Source of the DNA: Alphaproteobacteria bacterium
GTDB taxonomy: Bacteria; Pseudomonadota; Alphaproteobacteria; UBA8366
DNA: 64,000 nt
Direction: 5' to 3'
NCBI GenBank assembly: GCA_965206405.1
Contig: CBDBJQ010000006.1
Span: 675,061 to 739,060 of the forward strand
A program made the translations under genes and the position numbers. Positions 35,080 through 42,295 of the stretch are shown here, piece after piece (positions within the stretch are counted from its first letter, which is position 1; each line of letters begins with the position of its first letter). The notes under the pieces were generated by a model that was not told the DNA's origin, did no database searches, and saw only the letters and a list, made by a program, of their open reading frames with translations.

Positions 35080-36531
35080 ATGCCAATGAATGATGGGCCA
35101 ATGAATGATGGCCTCGTTCTCGTCGCCAAGCGCGACTGCCCGACCTGCACGATGCTTGAGCCTGTCTATCGGCAGATCGCCGATGGCGGCCTGTCCATGC
35201 AGATTCACAGCCAGGATGACCCGTCCTTTCCCGAAACCGTCGACGGTGTCCTCGACGACACCGAGCTCGAGGTCTCCTACAGGCTTGGTATCGAGACGGT
35301 GCCGACGCTGATCCGAATGGAGGCGGGCCAGGAGATCGACCGTGCGGTGGGCTGGAGCCGCGACGAATGGGAGCGGGTCGCCGGGGTTCCCGAACTGGGC
35401 CAGACTCTTCCTGATCACCAGCCCGGATGCGGCTCGCGAAGCGTCGAGCCGGGCATGCCGGAACTGCTCGAGATTCGCTACGGCGATGCGCCGCTGGCGT
35501 CGCGCCAAATCGAGGTCACAGCGATCGAGGACGAGGTCGAGGCCTGCTACAGCCGCGGCTGGAGCGACGGTTTGCCGGTGGTGCCGCCAACCCCAGTGCG
35601 GGTCTGGCGGATGCTGCAGGGTACGCCGCGTGATCCGGCGGAGCCTGTTGGCGCCATTCCACCGAACAACGTCCCCTGCACGGTGGAGAAGGTAGCTGTC
35701 AATGCCGTCATGGCCGGGTGCCGGCCGGAATACATGCCGGTTGTGCTGGCCGTCGTCGAGGCGGCGCTTGATCCCGATTTCTGCATGCACGGGATGCTGT
35801 GCACGACGCATTTCGTCGGGCCGATGGTCATCGTCAATGGCCCGATAGCGGCCCGCATTGGCATGAACAGCGGCGTGAACGCCCTCGGACAGGGCAACCG
35901 CGCAAACGCGACCATCGGCCGCACCCTGCAACTGGTGATCCGCAATGTCGGCGGTGGTGTTCCGGGCGGAATCGACCGGGCGACCCTCGGCAACCCGGGC
36001 AAGTACACCTACTGCTTCGCCGAGGATGAATCGAACCCGATCTGGAAGCCGCTGTCCGTCGACCGAGGCGTGGCACCGGGCTGGTCTGCGGTCACGCTCT
36101 ATGGCGGCGAGGGATTGATGGGCAATTTCGACCAGCTGTCCCGGACTCCGGAATCGCTTACCCGGTCGCTGGCCATGTCGATGCGGGCCATTGGCCACCC
36201 CAAGAAAGTCCAGGTCCATGACGTGTTGCTGGTGATTGCACCCGAGCATCTCAGGGTCTATGCAGAAGCAGGCTGGTCGAAGGCGCGGCTGATGCAGGAA
36301 TTCGACGAAGTGCTGTCGTTACCTGGTGAGGATCTGGTGCAGGGAGCCCATGGCGTCGCCGAGGGTATCGCGCCCGAGGGTGTGGGACGCCGCCATGCCA
36401 AGTTCCGGCCTGGCGGCCTCAATATCGTCCGCGCCGGCGGCGAGGCCGGCCTGATGTCGGCCCTCATCGGCGGCTGGGGAGCCACCGGCGAACGGGGAAG
36501 TGAACTGGTCACAAAGGAGATCGACGAATGA
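35080..36531 (+). CDS. thioredoxin-fold (CPTC) domain fused to a ~370-aa domain of unknown function
   Basis: ATG 35080 lies 4 nt after the upstream stop. The N-terminal ~110 aa are LVLVAKRDCPTCTMLEPVY...IETVPTLI (CxxC plus the cis-Pro context of thioredoxins). I do not recognise the remainder (CYSRGWSDGLPVVPPT...AVMAGCRPEYMP...FCMHGMLCTTHF...). The stop overlaps the next start (ATGA). Confidence 0.7.
   Translation: MPMNDGPMNDGLVLVAKRDCPTCTMLEPVYRQIADGGLSMQIHSQDDPSFPETVDGVLDDTELEVSYRLGIETVPTLIRMEAGQEIDRAVGWSRDEWERVAGVPELGQTLPDHQPGCGSRSVEPGMPELLEIRYGDAPLASRQIEVTAIEDEVEACYSRGWSDGLPVVPPTPVRVWRMLQGTPRDPAEPVGAIPPNNVPCTVEKVAVNAVMAGCRPEYMPVVLAVVEAALDPDFCMHGMLCTTHFVGPMVIVNGPIAARIGMNSGVNALGQGNRANATIGRTLQLVIRNVGGGVPGGIDRATLGNPGKYTYCFAEDESNPIWKPLSVDRGVAPGWSAVTLYGGEGLMGNFDQLSRTPESLTRSLAMSMRAIGHPKKVQVHDVLLVIAPEHLRVYAEAGWSKARLMQEFDEVLSLPGEDLVQGAHGVAEGIAPEGVGRRHAKFRPGGLNIVRAGGEAGLMSALIGGWGATGERGSELVTKEIDE
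35083..35112 (+). repeat. in-frame 15-bp tandem duplication (ccaatgaatgatggg/c x2) encoding PMNDG-PMNDG
   Basis: Read directly at codons 2-11 of the thioredoxin-fusion gene. Confidence 0.95.
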
Positions 36532-37049
36532 ATGATTCCATTGTCATGCTTGATCCGACAGGTGAAACCCTGCCGGTCGAGCGTCGGCGCAAGAATCCGC
36601 CGGCATCACTTGAGGGGTTGACCATCGGCGTCCTCGACATTGGCAAGGCGCGCGGTGACGTGTTCTGCGACAGAATCGCCGAGGCGATGGAAGAGCGCGG
36701 ATACACGGTCAAGCAGTATGCCAAACCGACCAACACGCGGGTCGCGCCGCTTGCGCTTTCCCAGCAGATCGCCGCCGAGTGCGACGTCGTCGTCGAGGCA
36801 CTAAGCGACTGAGGATCCTGCACGTCGTGCAGTTTGCATGACATTGCGGATCTTGACGAAAGAGGCATCCCCGGCGGGATGATCGCCACCACGGCTTTTG
36901 AGCAGGCGGCAGAGGCGCAGGCCGCAGCACTCGGCTTCCAGCCTGGGATCGTCTACGTGCCGCATCCGATACAGGATCGCACCGACGAGGAAATCAGGGC
37001 TATCGCCGATGCCGCGATGGAGCCGGTCCTGCGCATGATCACCGCCTGA
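36528..37049 (+). CDS. candidate selenoprotein, 'UGSC family (seleno)protein'-like; in-frame TGA at 36810-36812 read as Sec
   Basis: Track ORFs 36528-36812 and 36834-37049 share one frame (both starts are divisible by 3). They are separated by TGA plus 7 sense codons, giving ...VVVEALSD-U-GSCTSCSLHDIADLDERGIP.... The second ORF 'starts' at TTG with no SD. A hairpin lies immediately 3' of the TGA. The ATG overlaps the upstream stop (ATGA). Confidence 0.7.
36813..36853 (+). promoter_or_regulatory. candidate SECIS region: two hairpins directly 3' of the in-frame UGA
   Basis: Hairpin 1 is CUGCAC-GUC-GUGCAG (36818-36832). Its apical GCA-cGUCg-UGC resembles the E. coli fdhF apical GCA-GGUC-UGC as I recall it. 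Hairpin 2 spans 36833-36850 (UUUGCA-UGACAU-UGCGGA, 6 bp including 2 G.U pairs). GGAUCC (36813-18) could also pair with GGAUCU (36848-53) to enclose both. Confidence 0.4.
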
Positions 37050-37055
37050 AACGAC

Positions 37056-38072
37056 GTGGCAGAGGGCAATCCGTTGTCGGAAAGCAGCAAAGACGACGAA
37101 GAACGTCTTGGGCCAGAGATTCCATCCGATTGCCGGCCGCAGCCGGAGAACTGCTCCTTTGACCTGCGCGCGGCGCTGTTGGCGGTGTATTCGATTGTCT
37201 GCCACATTCCGCAGGATGCCTACACGGCGCCCCTACTCGGTATGGAGCGCAGCGGCAACGCCGTTCTGATTGACAAGAGCGGGCTGTTCCTCACTGTCGG
37301 CTACCTGGTCACCGAGGCCGAGACTATCTGGCTTCTCGACAACGCCGGCCGCGCTGTGCCAGGACATGTTGCCGCCTATGACCAGGAAACCGGCTTCGGG
37401 CTGGTTCAGGCGTTAGGCCGGATCGAGACCGCACCGCTCGATATCGGCATCTCTTCCAATCTCAAGATTGGCGATCCGGTAATCGTCGCCGGCGGTGGTG
37501 GCATCAGCCACGCAATCCAGGCCGAGGTGGTGGCGGTCCGGGAGTTCGCGGGCTATTGGGAGTACTTGCTCGATTCCGCGGTCTTCACAGCACCACCGCA
37601 TCCGCTCTGGGGCGGCACCGCTCTGCTTGGGAACGACGGTACCCTGCGTGGAATCGGATCGCTCTTCGTCCAGCAAACCCAGGACGGCCAGGAGCCGGTC
37701 GACGTCAACATGATGGTGCCGATCGACATCCTCAAGCCAATCATGGAAGAGCTGCTCCGGAACGGAAAGACCGCTAAGCCGCCGCGGCCGTGGCTTGGCA
37801 TGTTCACGACCGAGATCGACGACAGGGTCATGGTTGCCGGGATTGCCGATGACGGCCCGGCGGCTCGTGCTGGAGTCCATGTCGGTGATGCCGTTCTCAG
37901 TATCGGCGGCGCGCCGGTTTCCTGCATGGCCGACATGTTCCGCACAATCTGGTCGAGGGGTGCGGCCGGGATCGACATCCCGCTCCACCTAGGCCGGGGC
38001 GGGGATACGATCGAGGTTGCCGTCCGATCGATCAGCCGGAGCGATCTCTTGCGGTCGCCGGCGGTCCACTGA
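37056..38072 (+). CDS. trypsin-fold (S1C/HtrA-like) plus PDZ domain protein, apparently without the catalytic triad
   Basis: 338 aa with a GTG start 6 nt after the selenoprotein stop. The HtrA-like blocks are GLFLTVGYLV (His position is Tyr), ETGFGLVQ (Asp position is Gly) and HPLWGGTALLGNDG (the GNSGG Ser position is Gly). A C-terminal PDZ-like segment reads WLGMFT...VAGIADDGPAARAGVHVGDAVLSIGG. All alignment was done by eye. Confidence 0.7.
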   Translation: MAEGNPLSESSKDDEERLGPEIPSDCRPQPENCSFDLRAALLAVYSIVCHIPQDAYTAPLLGMERSGNAVLIDKSGLFLTVGYLVTEAETIWLLDNAGRAVPGHVAAYDQETGFGLVQALGRIETAPLDIGISSNLKIGDPVIVAGGGGISHAIQAEVVAVREFAGYWEYLLDSAVFTAPPHPLWGGTALLGNDGTLRGIGSLFVQQTQDGQEPVDVNMMVPIDILKPIMEELLRNGKTAKPPRPWLGMFTTEIDDRVMVAGIADDGPAARAGVHVGDAVLSIGGAPVSCMADMFRTIWSRGAAGIDIPLHLGRGGDTIEVAVRSISRSDLLRSPAVH

Positions 38073-38115
38073 GTCTGCGGATTCGGCCGGAAACGCTGGG
38101 GCTGTCGGGGGTACC

Positions 38116-40683
38116 GTGGATCGGATCGATGTGGGCCGGCTCGATCTGTGCCGGGAGTTCCGCGACAACCCGCTTGGACCGCACAGTCTCGAACTCCAGA
38201 AGCTGATCAAGCTCCTGCGCTGGGAGCCGGTCGACAACCGCTACCTTCTGGCCCAGACCGAACGCAACGGCCCCTGGTATCTCGCCTACGCATCCGGCCC
38301 GAAGAGCCGTCCGCTCGAGATTTTCCGCGACCGCGCCTTCGCCACTCTCCATGAGGGTTGGTGGGCGCTGTTCAAGGCCCGCTGGGAGTGTCTCGCCGGC
38401 CAACGGATGGTGCTCGACGGTGTCGACGATCCACCGATTCCCCGGCCGGGAGAGGGAGAGCCAACCGGCGCCCTCGTCGACCGGCCACTGCTTTCCTACA
38501 GCGACCGCTTCAGCGTTCCGGCCGGTGGCAGGATCGCGTTCAAGGTCAGCTCCCGCGACGATCTGCCATACCGTGCCGATATCATCCGCCTGCGTTGCGG
38601 CGATGCGAGTCCGGGCGGAGTCGGCCACAAGCAGGAGGCGGTCGGGACACCGATCGACGGCGAGTATCCCGGCCGGTTCCAGCCCATCGATGCAGGCTCT
38701 TATGCCGAGATCGGCGACATTCCCGCGGTACCCGGCGATGGCGGCGTGGCGTTGCAGGCCTGGATCTGGCCAACCGCGCCTGGCGGCCGCGCACAAGCGG
38801 TGATGGGCAATTGGGATGCTTCGGCCGGCTCGGGTTTTGCGCTTGCCATAGACGAGAGCGGCGCGCTTGTCTTTCACGTCGGCGACGGCACACAACAGAT
38901 GACGGTGTCGACCGGAACGCCGTTGCTTGAGCGCCACTGGTATCTGGTGGCGGCAAGCTTCGATCCCGACACCGGCCGCGCCTGGGTCGGCCAGCGGCCG
39001 CTTCTCGGTTATGCACGCGACGACACCACGGCGGAACAGGAAGCGTCCGCGCCGGTACCGGCGGCGGGGCCGGGATTTCGGATCGCCGCCTGGCATGGCC
39101 GCGACGGCGAGCGTCTGATACCCGCGGGCCACTACAACGGCAAGATCGACTCGCCCGTCCTCGCTGCGGGCGCCCTTACGGCAGAAGAGCGGCGGGTAAT
39201 CCTTGCCGAGGGCAACCCGGCGGCGATCGCCGATGCTGCTGCGCGCTGGGATTTTTCCCGCGATATTCCGGGCCTGACAATCAGAGACGTGTCCGGCAAC
39301 GATTGCCACGGCACCACCGTCAATCTGCCGACCCGGGCGATGAAGGGATGGAATTGGGACGGAAGCGAGTACAACTGGGCCTGCAAACCGGAGCAGTACG
39401 GCGCCATCCATTTCCATGACGACGATTTGCACGATTGCGGCTGGGAGACCGATTTCACTTTCGAGGTGCCGGAGGATCTCGCCAGCGGCATCTATTGCGC
39501 TCATCTCACCCGCGATGGGCGCGAGGATTACTGCCCGTTTGTGGTCACGGCGCCACCGGGGCGCACCGAGGCCGATCTCGCCCTGCTTCTGCCCACCGCC
39601 AGCTACTGGGCTTACGCCAACCGGCATGTCGACCTGGAGTGGCAGGAGCGCGAGAATGTCGTCGGTTACTGGGCGGCGCTTGACTCCGTGTCGCTCTATC
39701 TCTGCGAGCACCCGGAGCTCGGCGTGTCGATGTACGACGACCACAGCGACGGCTCGGGCGTTTGTCTTGCATCGCGGCTGCGGCCGATCCTCAGCATGCA
39801 GCCGAAAGAACGCCTCTGGCAGTTCGCCGCCGACACCCACATCACCGACTGGCTCGAGGCGCGAGGCATCGCCTATGACGTGATTACCGAGGATGATCTC
39901 GATGCTGCGGGGACGTCGCTGCTCGAACCCTATCGCTGCGTGATCACCGGAACCCACCCTGAATATCCCTCGAAGAGCGTGCTGGACGCGATCCTCGACT
40001 ATCAGAACCGTGGCGGCCGCTTCGTTTATTTCGGTGGCAACGGGTTTTACTGGCGAGTCTCCTATTCGCCGGACATTCCCGGCGCGATGGAGATGCGCCG
40101 AGCCGAAGACGGAATCCGCTCGTGGCTTGCCGAGGGCGGGGAGTACTACCACGCCTTCACCGGCGAGCTCGGCGGCATGTGGCGGCGGATGGGCCGGCCT
40201 CCGCAGAGCGTCGCCGGCACCGGCATGACGGCGCAGGGTTTCGATTATTCGGCCTCGTATGCACGCAACCCGGAGAGCTTCGATGCGCGCGCCATGTTCA
40301 TCTTCGAGGGCGTCGGGGCGGAGGAGCGAATCGGCGATTTCGGGTTGTTCGGTGGCGGCGCTGCGGGATGGGAGATCGACCGCGCCGATCCGGCCCTGGG
40401 CACGCCGCCGCATGCGCTGGTCGTGGCCACGGCGACGGAGTTTTCCGCCGCCTATCACTGGGTCAAGGAAGAGCTGACGCACACCCATTCCGCCAACACC
40501 GGCGATACCTGTCCGATGGTCCGCTGTGATATGGTGTTTTACGAAACGCCCAATGGTGGTGCGGTGTTCTCGACCAGCTCGATCGCCTGGGCTGGCGCGC
40601 TGGCCCATAACAGCTACGACAACAACGTCGCGCGCATCTCCGAGAACGTGATCCGGCGGTTTATCGACCCGCAACCGCTCTAA
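38116..40683 (+). CDS. N,N-dimethylformamidase large-subunit-like protein (LamG-like and GATase-like domains) with a ~125-aa N-terminal extension
   Basis: From about aa 125 there is strong similarity to DmfA2 as I remember it: DRFSVPAGGRIAFKV..., HYNGKIDSPVL, WDFS, GWNWDG, PEQYGAIHFHDDDLHDCGWETDFTFEVPE, SYWAYAN, MYDDH, ITGTHPEY, GGGAAGWEIDR. Start chosen at GTG 38116 after GGGGG; the track start 38017 overlaps the previous gene. Confidence 0.75.
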   Translation: MDRIDVGRLDLCREFRDNPLGPHSLELQKLIKLLRWEPVDNRYLLAQTERNGPWYLAYASGPKSRPLEIFRDRAFATLHEGWWALFKARWECLAGQRMVLDGVDDPPIPRPGEGEPTGALVDRPLLSYSDRFSVPAGGRIAFKVSSRDDLPYRADIIRLRCGDASPGGVGHKQEAVGTPIDGEYPGRFQPIDAGSYAEIGDIPAVPGDGGVALQAWIWPTAPGGRAQAVMGNWDASAGSGFALAIDESGALVFHVGDGTQQMTVSTGTPLLERHWYLVAASFDPDTGRAWVGQRPLLGYARDDTTAEQEASAPVPAAGPGFRIAAWHGRDGERLIPAGHYNGKIDSPVLAAGALTAEERRVILAEGNPAAIADAAARWDFSRDIPGLTIRDVSGNDCHGTTVNLPTRAMKGWNWDGSEYNWACKPEQYGAIHFHDDDLHDCGWETDFTFEVPEDLASGIYCAHLTRDGREDYCPFVVTAPPGRTEADLALLLPTASYWAYANRHVDLEWQERENVVGYWAALDSVSLYLCEHPELGVSMYDDHSDGSGVCLASRLRPILSMQPKERLWQFAADTHITDWLEARGIAYDVITEDDLDAAGTSLLEPYRCVITGTHPEYPSKSVLDAILDYQNRGGRFVYFGGNGFYWRVSYSPDIPGAMEMRRAEDGIRSWLAEGGEYYHAFTGELGGMWRRMGRPPQSVAGTGMTAQGFDYSASYARNPESFDARAMFIFEGVGAEERIGDFGLFGGGAAGWEIDRADPALGTPPHALVVATATEFSAAYHWVKEELTHTHSANTGDTCPMVRCDMVFYETPNGGAVFSTSSIAWAGALAHNSYDNNVARISENVIRRFIDPQPL

Positions 40684-40754
40684 TATGCCTGAATATTAAT
40701 ACGCCTGACCATTGGCGTTCGGCGCCGGTTCTGCCTATCGTCGCCCCTGTTTTC

Positions 40755-42230
40755 ATGGAGCCACGACTGATGACCGAACTACACTACCTGCCGGCTGTCG
40801 ATCTCGCGGCGCGGATCCGCGACCGCGAGATTGGTTGCCTCGAGCTTCTCGACCACTTTCTCGAGCGTTGCGACCGCCACAATCCGACGCTTAACGCCGT
40901 CATCGCCTGGGATCGGGAAGGCGCGCGCGCCCGGGCTCGCGAAGCCGACGAGGCGCTGGCTGGCGGCAATCTCTGGGGTCCTCTGCACGGGGTGCCGATG
41001 ACCATCAAGGAAAGCTATGACGTCGCCGGCATGCCGACGACCTGGGGCTGGCCGAACATGCGCAACAACGTCGCCGAAAAGAACTCGGTGGTCGTCGATC
41101 GGATGCTCGCGGCCGGCGTGGTGCTGTTCGGCAAGACCAATGTGCCTTTGTTCCTGTCCGACTGGGAAAGCTTCAACGAAATCTACGGCACTACCAACAA
41201 CCCGTGGGATATTGAGCGCTCGCCCGGCGGATCCTCGGGCGGATCCGCAGCGGCGCTGGCAGCCGGGCTGACAGGAATCGAATCCGGCAGCGATATCGGC
41301 GCTTCGATCCGCAACCCCGCGCATTACTGTGGCGTGTTCGGACACAAGCCGACCTGGGGCATTGTGCCGCCGCGTGGCCAGGCGCTGCCCGGTGTTCTCT
41401 CCCAGACGGACATCTCCGTGGTTGGGCCGATGGCCCGCAGCGCCGAAGATCTGGCCGTGGCGCTCGACTGCATGGCCGGGCCGGACGCGCTCGAGGCCGA
41501 CGGGATCGATCTCGACCTGCCGCAGCCGGCGCAAACGGATCTCTCCGAGTTCCGCGTTGCGGTGATGCAGAGCGACGATGTCTGCCCCGTCGATGCGCCC
41601 TATGCCGACCGCATCCAGGAGGTTGCCGATAAGCTCGCCGAGCTTGGTGCCGTGGTCGACGACAAGGCTCGGCCCGATATCGACATGGCGCGGTCACACG
41701 AGATCTATGTCCAGCTGCTCCGGGGCGCGACTGCAGCCCGGATGCCCGATGGCGAGTTCAGCGAGAATCTGCGCCTCGCCGGCAAACTCGATGCGAGTGA
41801 CGACAGCTATCGGGCCCGGGCGTTTCGCGCCATGACCCAGTACCACCGGGACTGGGCAGGGGCCAACGAGGAGCGGACCCACATGCGCTGGGCCTGGCAC
41901 CGGTTTTTCCAGGATTGGGATGTCCTGCTCTGTCCGGCCGCTTCCTCCGCTGCTTTCCCGCACATGCAGAAAGGCGAGCGTTGGGACCGCTTCATCACCG
42001 TCAATGGTGAGCCGCAATCGGTGGTCGACCAGCTGTTCTGGGCCGGCCTGACCTGCGTCGTCTACCTGCCGGCGACGGTGGCACCGATCGGCCGTGTCGG
42101 TCCCGGCACGGGCCTTCCGGTCGGCGCCCAGATTGCGGGCCCGTCGATGCACGACCACCGGACGATCGCCTTTGCCGGCCTTCTTGCGCGTGAGATCGGC
42201 GGTTTCGAGCCGCCGCCGGGCTGGGATTGA
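40755..42230 (+). CDS. amidase (amidase-signature family)
   Basis: 491 aa with the AS-family core GGSSGGSAAALAAGL...GSDIGASIRNPA. An alternative start is ATG 40770. Confidence 0.9.
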   Translation: MEPRLMTELHYLPAVDLAARIRDREIGCLELLDHFLERCDRHNPTLNAVIAWDREGARARAREADEALAGGNLWGPLHGVPMTIKESYDVAGMPTTWGWPNMRNNVAEKNSVVVDRMLAAGVVLFGKTNVPLFLSDWESFNEIYGTTNNPWDIERSPGGSSGGSAAALAAGLTGIESGSDIGASIRNPAHYCGVFGHKPTWGIVPPRGQALPGVLSQTDISVVGPMARSAEDLAVALDCMAGPDALEADGIDLDLPQPAQTDLSEFRVAVMQSDDVCPVDAPYADRIQEVADKLAELGAVVDDKARPDIDMARSHEIYVQLLRGATAARMPDGEFSENLRLAGKLDASDDSYRARAFRAMTQYHRDWAGANEERTHMRWAWHRFFQDWDVLLCPAASSAAFPHMQKGERWDRFITVNGEPQSVVDQLFWAGLTCVVYLPATVAPIGRVGPGTGLPVGAQIAGPSMHDHRTIAFAGLLAREIGGFEPPPGWD

Positions 42231-42295
42231 GGCGTTCCTGACGGCGCACCCGGCCGACGATGTATCTGCCTGATGACACACATTGAAAGCATGGT

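Noticed and set aside
36810-36812. TGA as a genuine stop (two separate small genes) or as a pseudogene lesion
   Set aside because: I considered this but think it less likely, for four reasons. The downstream ORF has no ATG/GTG start with an SD. The frame is preserved. The TGA sits precisely at the first position of a UxxC/CxxC-type motif. A hairpin follows immediately. It remains unproven without Sec-machinery or orthologue data, hence confidence 0.7 rather than higher.
38032-40674. 880-aa minus-strand ORF
   Set aside because: It is antisense shadow of the DMFase-like gene. The composition is Arg/Ala/Gly/Pro-rich with no family resemblance, whereas the plus frame has strong homology blocks.
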